Below, in pieces: positions 42,122-50,892 of a DNA stretch of 64,000 nucleotides (positions are counted from its first letter, which is position 1; every line of letters starts with the position of its first letter). Source of the DNA: Candidatus Poribacteria bacterium (GTDB lineage: Bacteria; Poribacteria; WGA-4E; WGA-3G). The notes under the pieces were generated by a model, which saw only the letters and a list, made by a program, of their open reading frames with translations, was not told the origin of the DNA and did no database searches. The translations under genes were made by a program, and so were the position numbers. The stretch spans positions 2,880,001-2,944,000 of the forward strand of contig CBDANF010000003.1 of assembly GCA_965197475.1 (NCBI GenBank), in the 5' to 3' direction.

Positions 42122-42964
42122 ATGGAGAATAGACAAACCTCTGGGACACTCACTTCAATCCGTCACTATTTTGTAGACGAAGGTGGAGACAGTGTCCTCT
42201 TTTCCAAGACAGGGAAAGCATTAGTCGGCACAGAAGGATGTTCCCGATTTTTCATACTCGGTTTATTAGATGTGCCGAATCCAGTGGTGTTAAAAGACCG
42301 TTTTGATGAATTGCGGGAGCGACTCATCAATGATTCTTATTTTAAGAACGTACCATCTATGCAGCCAAATGAACGAAAAACAGCAATTGCATTCCACGCG
42401 AAAGATGATTTGCCAGAAGTCCGCAGGGATGTATTTCAGATTTTACGTGATACTGGGGGACTACGTTTTTTTGCTGTCGTTGCCGATAAATTGAGCGTAC
42501 TTGAATACGTCCGGCAACGCAACAAACGGGAACCCGATTATCGCTATCATCCCAATGAACTTTACGACTATTTGATGGGACGTTTGTTCAAAGAGAGATT
42601 AGGTCAGCATAATAGGTTTAATATTATTTTCTCAAAACGAGGCAAATCTAACAGATTTGACGCTTTGCAGAAACTGGTTGAAACTGCATCCGATTCTCTG
42701 ATACAAGAACCGGACAGCGGCAACAATCCCGTTACCTATGTGTCTGCCGCAACACCAAAGGAACATGCAGGTTTGCAGGCTGTCGACTATTTTGTTTGGG
42801 CATTACAGAGACTCTATGAGCGAGATGAGGAGCGATATCTGCTATATCTATGGGACGCTTTTCGACTTGTACACGATATTGATGACATACGGGAATCCGG
42901 TAATGGTGTCTATTATACACAGAACAAACCGCTGACAGCAGAAGTTCTACAGTGGAGAAAATAG
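42122..42964 (+). CDS. DUF3800 family protein (predicted RNase H-like fold)
   Basis: N-terminal YFVDEGG, FHAKD, C-terminal GLQAVDY, matching the DESG...QxAD pattern of DUF3800. Confidence 0.75.
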   Translation: MENRQTSGTLTSIRHYFVDEGGDSVLFSKTGKALVGTEGCSRFFILGLLDVPNPVVLKDRFDELRERLINDSYFKNVPSMQPNERKTAIAFHAKDDLPEVRRDVFQILRDTGGLRFFAVVADKLSVLEYVRQRNKREPDYRYHPNELYDYLMGRLFKERLGQHNRFNIIFSKRGKSNRFDALQKLVETASDSLIQEPDSGNNPVTYVSAATPKEHAGLQAVDYFVWALQRLYERDEERYLLYLWDAFRLVHDIDDIRESGNGVYYTQNKPLTAEVLQWRK

Positions 42965-43037
42965 AAAAGCCAGGGATATAGGATTGTGCAGACCGCAGCC
43001 CGACAATCACGTGGCATGGAGCCGTTTCGTCCCTGGC
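42965..43037 (-). ncRNA. Predicted ~70-nt structured small RNA, DUF3800-associated type
   Basis: 8-bp closing stem GCCAGGGA/UCCCUGGC, hairpin GGC-UCCAU-GCC, long hairpin GAUUGU-CGGGC-UGCG-GUCUG-C-ACAAUC, 3' UUUU, and a dedicated promoter. Confidence 0.7.
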
Positions 43038-43043
43038 AATTGT

Positions 43044-43072
43044 ATTGTACTACATACTTGTCATTTTGTCAA
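43044..43072 (-). promoter_or_regulatory. sigma70 promoter TTGACA-N17-TACAAT driving the small RNA
   Basis: tgtcaa 43067-43072 and attgta 43044-43049; predicted +1 falls at about G43037. Confidence 0.75.
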
Positions 43073-43102
43073 GTAATTTTCATACCTTTGAACAATCATT
43101 TT

Positions 43103-43131
43103 TTGACAAATCACATCTTTTGTGTTATACT
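43103..43131 (+). promoter_or_regulatory. sigma70 promoter TTGACA-N17-TATACT for the XRE-peptidase/PIN operon
   Basis: Hexamers at 43103-43108 and 43126-43131. Confidence 0.65.
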
Positions 43132-43234
43132 TTAATTCAGACCAAACAGCATGTGTTAATTTAGTTATCTCTATTAGTTAATTTGTCTGTGAGTTTTCAA
43201 ATTTTAACGGTAAACCGTTTAACTCATTAGCAGG

Positions 43235-44422
43235 ATGTATACCATGGCTAAATCTGTCCAAGCACTCATTACGCCGGAAGTTCTGAAGTGGGCGCGCGAA
43301 GAGCATATCCGACTAAATTTATCCGATGCTGCAAAAAAAATAAAGGTAAAACCCGAACAGCTGGAGAGATGGGAAAACGGAAATGCACAACCAACCATAC
43401 GGCAATTAAAAGACATTGCAAAGTGTTATAATATTCATATAACTGTTTTCTATCTTCCTGAACCGCCTACAAGTTTTCCACCACTTGTTGATCATAGGTT
43501 TTTGCCTGAACCATTAGCAATTAATGATGAACAGTCTTATAGATTGCGAATCAACATCATTGAGGCATTCCAAAGGCGGGAAATACTTATTGATCTTTAC
43601 CAAATGTTAGATATTACTCCCCCTGAGGTGACACTTAAAATTGATAGGAATGAAACTCATACTAAAGCTGCACAAAAAATAAGACAATTCCTCAAATTCA
43701 ATCCCAAAGAACTTCCACGAACCAATAATCCACATAACACATTGAAATTTTGGAAGCAAACTGTTGAGTCAAAGGGTATTCTTGTCTGTCAAATTATCTC
43801 TCATCGATCTGTCGAATTAGAAACGGTCCGTGGATTTTGCATTGCTCAAAGACCTTTTCCAGTGATTGTAATAAACCCTAAAGACAGTGCTTTCGGCAAA
43901 ATTTTTACGATTTTCCACGAATTAGTTCATATAGGTCTAGGGGAAAGTGCCATTCAGAATACAAGTTTTGAAGAAGTGAAATCTAGTTATCTGAATGAAA
44001 TCGAAGTTTTTTGCAATTATGTGGCGGGAGCGACTTTGGTTCCTGAAGATGAATTGTTAAAAATGGTAAGATCGAAGTCAGTTGCAAAAAACTTATCCGA
44101 AATCTCTAAACACTTTCAAGTGAGTCCTGAAGTAATCATGCGGAGGCTGTTAATACTCAATGAAATTTCCGATAAAAAGTACCAAACTTTCAGAAACAAA
44201 CAACAAAAAAAGCATAAAGAAATTCAAGAAAAAGAAACTGAAAAAATATCTTTTCCTGGACCTCACTATAGAAAACTTCTTAATGCATCAGGTGAGTTAT
44301 TAGCTAAAACAGCTTTTAGTGCTTATTATGAAGAGAAAATTACTATTTCTGAATTAACTTCTATTTTTTCTAATTGTGACACGAAACACCTCTTTGAAAT
44401 TGAGAAATCCATCTTTGCATGA
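43235..44422 (+). CDS. XRE-HTH fused to ImmA/IrrE-family zinc metallopeptidase
   Basis: ITPEVLKWARE...WENGNAQPT HTH; FTIFHELVH; EVFCNYVAGATLVP. Confidence 0.88.
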   Translation: MYTMAKSVQALITPEVLKWAREEHIRLNLSDAAKKIKVKPEQLERWENGNAQPTIRQLKDIAKCYNIHITVFYLPEPPTSFPPLVDHRFLPEPLAINDEQSYRLRINIIEAFQRREILIDLYQMLDITPPEVTLKIDRNETHTKAAQKIRQFLKFNPKELPRTNNPHNTLKFWKQTVESKGILVCQIISHRSVELETVRGFCIAQRPFPVIVINPKDSAFGKIFTIFHELVHIGLGESAIQNTSFEEVKSSYLNEIEVFCNYVAGATLVPEDELLKMVRSKSVAKNLSEISKHFQVSPEVIMRRLLILNEISDKKYQTFRNKQQKKHKEIQEKETEKISFPGPHYRKLLNASGELLAKTAFSAYYEEKITISELTSIFSNCDTKHLFEIEKSIFA

Positions 44423-44931
44423 ATACACTATTTAATCTAAATCAGATAATTTACAGTTTAGATACAAGTTCACTTATTGATGCGTATCGTTCTCTGTATC
44501 CAATGGAAAACTTTCCGGCATTGTGGAAAAAATTTGAGGAGCTTATTAGAAATGAACGACTTAAAATGTCTGAGTTTGTATTTGCAGAAGCAATGCGAGA
44601 TAAAGTCTTAAAAGGTTGGTGCCGTCGGGAAAATTTGAAGTCACATCTTGAATTGAAAATTGATGATTCAGATCAAATGGAAGTTCGTAAAATATTGTCA
44701 AAGTACCCTGGAATGCTAAAGCTCAAAAAGGGGATATCAGGCGGTGATCCTTGGGTAATAGCTTTGGCAAAGCGGTATCAACCAAATGTAATTGTAGTAA
44801 CCGAGGAAAAATTAACAGGTAACCTACAACACCCAAGAATCCCTGATGTATGTAAGGATTCTAACATAGAATGTGTTACAATAGCTGGTGTTGTCCAAAA
44901 AGAAAATTGGGTCTTTAATTCCAGCACTTGA
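44419..44931 (+). CDS. DUF4411 family PIN-domain protein
   Basis: YSLDTSSLID, FPALW, GDPWVIALA, VVTEE, RIPDVC; ATGA overlap with the upstream gene. Confidence 0.85.
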   Translation: MNTLFNLNQIIYSLDTSSLIDAYRSLYPMENFPALWKKFEELIRNERLKMSEFVFAEAMRDKVLKGWCRRENLKSHLELKIDDSDQMEVRKILSKYPGMLKLKKGISGGDPWVIALAKRYQPNVIVVTEEKLTGNLQHPRIPDVCKDSNIECVTIAGVVQKENWVFNSST

Positions 44932-44941
44932 TAAAAGCAAA

Positions 44942-45449
44942 ATGCCCGAAAAATTTTTATACGATCTCATATTAGAGCAATTCGGACGACGAGAGATCCA
45001 AAACACCGAAATTCCGACATATCTCACCGATAACCTCAACCCCACTTTTGAACTCCGTGAATATCAAAAAGAAGCGTTCGCGCGGTTCCTTCTCTGTTTT
45101 GAAAACGATTTCCCAGGTGAGGGAAAGCCTCTGCATTTTCTTTTCAACATGGCAACCGGTAGCGGTAAAACGCTTATCATGGCAGGTTTGATCCTCTACC
45201 TCTATGAGCAGGGTTACCGCAATTTTCTCTTTTTCGTCAACTCCACCAACATCATTGAAAAGACAAAAAACAACTTTCTCAACCCACGTGCGACAAAATA
45301 TCTCTTCAGTGAAGACATCCATATTGAAGGGAAACGGGTGGCTGTGGCACAAGTAGACAGTTTCGACGGAGCCAACGAAAACGACATCAATATCTGCTTC
45401 ACAACGCTTCAGCAACTCCATACCGATATGACATCAGAAAAGGAAAACG
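44942..45449 (+). pseudogene. res: Type III R-M Res subunit, 5' fragment truncated by IS3
   Basis: LREYQKEA, FNMATGSGKTL, FVNSTNIIEKT; homology stops at the IS end at 45450. Confidence 0.85.
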
Positions 45450-46154
45450 TGAAGTGCCATCGATTTTTTAGACCAGAATTTCGTAAAGTTAAGACAAGTG
45501 TTCTTTCTCAAATTCAATAGGTGTCAAATAGCCTAACGCCGAGTGAGGTCGTTTCTGGTTGGACACCTGTTCAATAAAATGCCCGATGTGAGTTTTAGCC
45601 TCCGTTATGTCATCATAATTTCGGATAACGCATAGACAACTTTTCTATTTCCTGTCGGAGCACCTCTTCACAAGGGTCCTTTTTCGGTTGATAATAGAGA
45701 CTGCTCCGATTGAAACCAAGTGTATCGCAAATCTGTCGCACAGAGTAATCGGTTCGCAAAGTTTTTACGATTTCTCGTTTTTCAGCTGGATTCAACTCAG
45801 CCAAGTTGAGGCTTTTTTTGAATGTCCAAGGCAAGGGTCAACCTGCCAACGAGTTGCTCAAGTTGAGAAATCCGCTGTTGAGACGCATTCGTTTGCTTAT
45901 CAGCAGGTTCAAAGAGGGTCGCCGCGTTTTCAAGGAATTGGCGTTTCCACTTTGAGAGTTGTTCGTCGCTGAGGTTATGGCGGCGACACAACTCCGCTTG
46001 TGAACTTTGACCGCTAAGCGCCTCAATAACAACTTCAGCCTTAAATTCGGGAGTGAATCTTCTTCGTTTTGCCATCGGTTCCTCCTTTCAATCAGATTGT
46101 TATTATATCACAATCTTGGTTTAGACAGTGGTCTAAATTTCCGATGGCAGTACA
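45450..46154 (-). mobile_element. IS3-family element, internally deleted
   Basis: TG..CA ends with 26-bp imperfect IRs (TGAAGTGCCATCGATTTTTTAGACCA / TGTACTGCCATCGGAAATTTAGACCA). OrfA 45797..46075 (RRRFTPEFKAEVV), A-AAA-AAG slippery site near 45812-45819, and the OrfB N-terminus fused to the C-terminal KRPHSALGYLTP with no DDE core. Confidence 0.88.
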
Positions 46155-46814
46155 AACTTTGTTTCAACATCTGATGGAAGAAACTTTCTAAAACGTGCAT
46201 TTGATGAGAATCTCTCCAATTATCTGGTAAACAACGGTGTCATGGGTTCAGTTACCACTATACGTCCAGTGCCTTCAATTGTCGCGTCGGTACATCTCAA
46301 CTATCCACCCTTCTTATCTGAATCTGGACAACTTAATTTTCACTTTAGTCAAGACTGTACCTTGCTTATCGCAGAAAATATAGCAAACCCTGATAATCTT
46401 GGAATGACATTGCGTACCGCTGACGCAGCAGGGACAACTGCTGTCTTACTTGGTGGGGAAGGTGCGAGTCCTTTTCATAAAAACTGTATCCGTGCATCGC
46501 GTGGTGCTGTTGGTCGTCTGCCTATGTTCCACCTACCAAACACTAATTTGACGATTGAACAACTCAAAACATCAGGGTGGAAAGTTGTTGGTGCTACAGC
46601 CAGTGCAGAAAAAGATATCAATGGTATGGAGCATTTTTCTCCTACAGCAATTGTTGTCGGTAACGAAAATAGCGGATTATCGGTTGGAACGCGTAAATGT
46701 TGCACAGAATTAGTCCGTATTCCGATGGCAACAGGACAATCGTCCTTAAATGTTGGAGTCGCAGCGGGGATTTTACTCTACGAATTATCTCGGCAAAAGA
46801 TGACATTTTCATGA
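46155..46814 (+). pseudogene. TrmH/SpoU-family RNA methyltransferase, probably 5'-truncated at the IS end
   Basis: NPDNLGMTLRTADAAG, VGNENSGL, IPMATGQSSLNVGVAAGI; the frame is open from 46155 with no convincing start. Confidence 0.7.
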
Positions 46815-46821
46815 CTTCAAT

Positions 46822-46850
46822 TTGACAAATTGACCAGAAGATGGTAAAAT
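46822..46850 (+). promoter_or_regulatory. sigma70 promoter TTGACA-N17-TAAAAT
   Basis: Upstream of the GGGPS-grpE-dnaJ-prmA cluster. Confidence 0.65.
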
Positions 46851-46902
46851 TGTTTAGTTTTAAAGAGTCGTAGAAAAGTTACAAGATTTTGAAGAACTAT
46901 GG

Positions 46903-47676
46903 GTGTTAACACCTAAGGAACGTTTGCATTTGGTATCAAATTGTATTCTAAAATATCTACACGAGGTTCTTGAAAAACAGAATGCGGGTTATCTCGTGCT
47001 GATTGATCCTGAAGAATGTGAAGTTGAAAATTGTGCTAAACTTGCGCGCGAAGTTGAACAGGCAGGCGCGGATGCGATTCTCCTTGGTGGCAGTCTGTTG
47101 ACAAGTGACCTGCATCCGATTGCGGCAGCCCTAAAAGCAGAAACAGCACTGCCTATCGTTCTTTTCCCTGGGGACTCGATGCATCTTACGCCTCACGCAG
47201 ATGCAATTCTTTATATGAGTCTAATCAGCGGACGAAATCCAAACTACCTTATCGGTGAACAGGTAAAAGCAGCACCGTGGATTCAACGGTATTCTCTGGA
47301 ACCCATTCCTACAGGCTATATGCTCATCGAAGGTGGTAACCGAACGGCTGTTGAATTTATGAGTGGAACAGCACCTATCCCTCGAAATAAACATGACATC
47401 GCAGCACCACACGCATTGGCTGCGCAATACCTTGGTATGCAGCTGATATATTTAGAAGCTGGAAGCGGTGCCGAACTTCCTGTTCCGAACGTTATGATTT
47501 CGACGGTGAAAACGCAAATTGAAATTCCACTGATTGTAGGCGGTGGCATCCGAACGCCGGAAATCGCTGCAGAAAAAGTTAGTGCTGGTGCCGATTTCAT
47601 CGTTACAGGGAACATACTTGAAAAGACAGGTTCCTTTGATTTGATGAAACAGTTTGCGGATGTTGTTCATGGATGA
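46903..47676 (+). CDS. Geranylgeranylglyceryl/heptaprenylglyceryl phosphate synthase (group II-like)
   Basis: LIDP, GGS, LFPG, SLISGRNPNYLIG, YLEAGSGA, VGGGIR, VTGN. Confidence 0.88.
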   Translation: MLTPKERLHLVSNCILKYLHEVLEKQNAGYLVLIDPEECEVENCAKLAREVEQAGADAILLGGSLLTSDLHPIAAALKAETALPIVLFPGDSMHLTPHADAILYMSLISGRNPNYLIGEQVKAAPWIQRYSLEPIPTGYMLIEGGNRTAVEFMSGTAPIPRNKHDIAAPHALAAQYLGMQLIYLEAGSGAELPVPNVMISTVKTQIEIPLIVGGGIRTPEIAAEKVSAGADFIVTGNILEKTGSFDLMKQFADVVHG

Positions 47677-47749
47677 GCATCGCAAGGAAATTTTCTTATA
47701 GAAACATAAGTAACAAGGATTCAAGCAAAAGAAAGAGAGGTAATTCATT

Positions 47750-48502
47750 ATGTCTGAAAATAATGAGGTAGTAATAAAGATAGAGACAGAAAAAGAAAAC
47801 AATGACAAGCCTGATTTTCTTATTGATGTGTCTCAAGATGAAACGGATGCGTCTAATGAAACGGATACTGAAACAGAAGAACGGACAATAGAAACCGTTG
47901 AGGCTGAACTTGAGGCACTCAAAGAAGAATTTAAAATACAGATAGAAGCAATAGCCGAAGCCGAGCGTGCACAATATGAAGCAGAACGAGAACGTTTGCT
48001 ACGTACTGCCGCTGAAGCCGAAAATACAAAAAAACGTCTGGAAATCGAAGCACAGAAACAACTTAAGTACGCGAATAAAAACATAATTGAAGGATTGATC
48101 CTTGTATTAGATAGTCTTGAAGCAGCAATAAAAAGTGTCAACGAGAAAGTTGAATCAAGTGAGACCTCCTCAGATCTTTCAAACTTCAGCGAAGGGGTGC
48201 AATTGGTTCATAAACAACTCATGGATATTCTGAAAATCCATGGACTCACACCAATTGAAGTGGTCGGTGGAACGTTTGACCCGAATCAACATGAAGCAGT
48301 CTTTGCTACTGAATCAGATGAAGTCGCAGAAGGAAATATTATTGAAGAATTCAGACGCGGCTATCAACTCCACGATCAGGTAATTCGTGCCGCACAAGTC
48401 GCGGTTTCTAAAGGAAAATATGAGCAGTCTCCCTCTGAGGATAACGAGACACAAGATCAGGATAAAGAAGCGCAAGAAGTTGAAAACACTACCGAAAATT
48501 AG
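47750..48502 (+). CDS. grpE: Nucleotide exchange factor GrpE
   Basis: LRTAAEAENTKKR, FDPNQHEA, GYQLHDQVIRAAQVAVS. Confidence 0.93.
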   Translation: MSENNEVVIKIETEKENNDKPDFLIDVSQDETDASNETDTETEERTIETVEAELEALKEEFKIQIEAIAEAERAQYEAERERLLRTAAEAENTKKRLEIEAQKQLKYANKNIIEGLILVLDSLEAAIKSVNEKVESSETSSDLSNFSEGVQLVHKQLMDILKIHGLTPIEVVGGTFDPNQHEAVFATESDEVAEGNIIEEFRRGYQLHDQVIRAAQVAVSKGKYEQSPSEDNETQDQDKEAQEVENTTEN

Positions 48503-48537
48503 GTGAAATTAAAACCACAGTGTAAGTAGGTAAACAA

Positions 48538-49656
48538 ATGGTGCAAAAACGGGATTATTACGAAATATTAGATGTAAGTCGAGATGCGGATGAAAACGAA
48601 ATCAAGAAGGCTTACAGAAAGTTAGCCATTAAATATCATCCGGATAAAAATCCGGGTGATAAAGAAGCAGAAGAAAAGTTTAAAGAAGCAACCGAAGCTT
48701 ATGATGTCCTGCGGACACCTGAGAAACGACAACGTTACAATCAATTTGGACATGCCGGACTTGAAGGTGCATCCAGCGGGCACGGATTTGGGGTTAACTT
48801 TGACGATATTTTGAGCGAAGTCTTCGGAGACGTTTTAGGCGGATTCGGTAGGACACAACATAGACCAAAACAGGGTCGCAGCCTACAATGTAACCTTGAA
48901 ATCACTCTTGAAGATGCCTTTTACGGGAAAGGGGAAACAATCGAAATTCCTCGCATTGAATCCTGCCCAGAATGTAATGGAAGTGGAGCAGAAACAGGTT
49001 CAACGGCTGAAACCTGCCCACAGTGCTACGGACGAGGACAGATAACCCAATCCCAAGGCTTTTTCACGATGTCCCGAACCTGTCCACGCTGCCGAGGTGA
49101 AGGTGAAATTATACAAAATCCATGCAGAAATTGTAATGGACAGGGGCGAATTAGAGTGAAACGCGAAATTAAACTGAAGATTGACAAAGGCGTAGATAAC
49201 GGTTTTGAATATCGGTTGCGTGGAGAAGGGGAAGCGGGTACACTCGGCGGGCCTCCAGGTGATTTACTTGTCGTCGTTCAAATCAAACCACATCAGCGGT
49301 TTAGTCGTGAAGGTAGCAATCTGCTTACTTCTGCCAAAATATCGTTTGTCCAAGCAGCATTAGGCAGCACCATCGAAATCAATAGTATTGACGGCACACA
49401 AAAATTGGATATTCCCGGCGGAACGCAGTATGGGGATCAGTTGCGTATCCCCGGTAAAGGAATGCCAGAGTACAGACGTTCTAGCTTCGGAGACCTCGTT
49501 GTACAGATCGGGATCGAAACACCGAGAAATCTCAATGAACAGCAACGCGAACTTTTAGAACACTTTGCTGAACTACAAGATAAATCAGCGGAATCTGGAC
49601 ACGGTGGATTTTGGGACAAGCTTTTTCGTCCTCACGATGATGAAGATAAATCGTAA
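48538..49656 (+). CDS. dnaJ: Chaperone DnaJ
   Basis: J-domain HPD, four CxxCxGxG motifs. Confidence 0.96.
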   Translation: MVQKRDYYEILDVSRDADENEIKKAYRKLAIKYHPDKNPGDKEAEEKFKEATEAYDVLRTPEKRQRYNQFGHAGLEGASSGHGFGVNFDDILSEVFGDVLGGFGRTQHRPKQGRSLQCNLEITLEDAFYGKGETIEIPRIESCPECNGSGAETGSTAETCPQCYGRGQITQSQGFFTMSRTCPRCRGEGEIIQNPCRNCNGQGRIRVKREIKLKIDKGVDNGFEYRLRGEGEAGTLGGPPGDLLVVVQIKPHQRFSREGSNLLTSAKISFVQAALGSTIEINSIDGTQKLDIPGGTQYGDQLRIPGKGMPEYRRSSFGDLVVQIGIETPRNLNEQQRELLEHFAELQDKSAESGHGGFWDKLFRPHDDEDKS

Positions 49657-49679
49657 AAGATTCAAATGTAAGAGGCGCA

Positions 49680-50564
49680 ATGAATTGGGCGCGGATTACT
49701 GTAACAACTTCTAATGACGCATCTGAAGCTGTTGCAAACTATTTATTTGAAATGGAGACTTTCGGTGTTGAACTGAAAGACGCTGCCGATTCAACAACTT
49801 CTCTCACCGCATATTATCCGCTGGATGACCGTGTAAACACAAGAGTTAAAAATCTTAGAGATTTTCTCTCTAAACTGCCAACGTGGGGCATCCAACCACA
49901 TCCTGCGAAAATTGACTTAAAACGGGTTGAATCTGAAGAGTGGACAGATGCGTGGAAGTCAGCTTTCCCACCGCAGCGGATCGGCAAACGTCTACTTATC
50001 GCACCAACTTGGCATAAAATCCCCCCTGATGAGGCACGTATTCTAATCCGACTTGATCCTGGTATGGCATTTGGCACCGGTTACCATCCGACTACACGTT
50101 TATCATTGGAAATGTTGGAGCAAACGATTGAGCCGCATCAACACGTCGCGGATATCGGAACAGGTTCCGGTATACTTGCAATTGCTGCTATAAAGTTAGG
50201 CGCAAAACAAATTGATGCGATTGAACTTGACCCGACAGCAATTCCTGTAGCAGAAACAAACTTCGCCATTAATGGTGTGGCGCAACAAATTCGTTTGCAT
50301 CAAGGCGATGGAATAAAGACTGCCGATGGCAAATATCATCTAATTGTTGGGAATATTCTAACAAAAGTGATTCTTCCTATTATTCCACATTGTCCTTCGC
50401 GATTGCGACCCGAAGGACACATCATTTTTTCTGGAATTTTGGATTCAGAACTGCAAGAGGTTCAGGAGGTATTGGCGGAAAACGGATTGCAATGTATCCA
50501 TGTGATGCGTGAAGCAGAAGCAGAAGTAATGTGGGTTGCAGTCTTAGCGCGCTTCCTTCGCTAA
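49680..50564 (+). CDS. prmA: Ribosomal protein L11 methyltransferase
   Basis: DPGMAFGTGYHPTT, DIGTGSGILAI, SGIL. Confidence 0.93.
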   Translation: MNWARITVTTSNDASEAVANYLFEMETFGVELKDAADSTTSLTAYYPLDDRVNTRVKNLRDFLSKLPTWGIQPHPAKIDLKRVESEEWTDAWKSAFPPQRIGKRLLIAPTWHKIPPDEARILIRLDPGMAFGTGYHPTTRLSLEMLEQTIEPHQHVADIGTGSGILAIAAIKLGAKQIDAIELDPTAIPVAETNFAINGVAQQIRLHQGDGIKTADGKYHLIVGNILTKVILPIIPHCPSRLRPEGHIIFSGILDSELQEVQEVLAENGLQCIHVMREAEAEVMWVAVLARFLR

Positions 50565-50801
50565 CCCGTGGCAGAGGTTACATCTGCCGAGGTTGAGGTG
50601 TGGCATTGTCGGTGATTTTTCGTCACCTTTCAAATGGCAATTCAGGCATGCAGCGTCTTCTACAGACTTCCGATGTACTTCAATGTTTGAACGCGCGGGA
50701 GCGGCGTTAAAAAAGAGAATAACCATCACTATGGCAAAAATAAGACCGATTACGCAAACAATATAAAATAGCACCTTGGGGTTAGCTTGTTCGGTCGGCA
50801 T
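50544..50801 (-). CDS. Small membrane-anchored diheme c-type cytochrome
   Basis: N-terminal TM helix; CLNCH and CNLCH; GGAG RBS. Confidence 0.7.
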   Translation of the reverse strand: MPTEQANPKVLFYIVCVIGLIFAIVMVILFFNAAPARSNIEVHRKSVEDAACLNCHLKGDEKSPTMPHLNLGRCNLCHGLAKEAR

Positions 50802-50892
50802 ATAAGAAAAGTAGACTCCTAATCTGCAGTGCTTTTAGTCTCAGCTAATAGGATACCTTATATTTACCCGTTCTGCAACTGAAATTGCAGTC

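Noticed and set aside
42965-43037. tRNA gene
   Set aside because: Similar in size with a closing stem, but it has only two internal arms, no TTC T-loop, no anticodon arm and no CCA. Kept as a non-tRNA ncRNA candidate.
44888-45520. Intact 210-aa helicase ORF
   Set aside because: The last ~23 codons come from the IS3 end; it is a truncated res
46815-47749. CIRCE operator for grpE-dnaJ
   Set aside because: No TTAGCACTC-N9-GAGTGCTAA found
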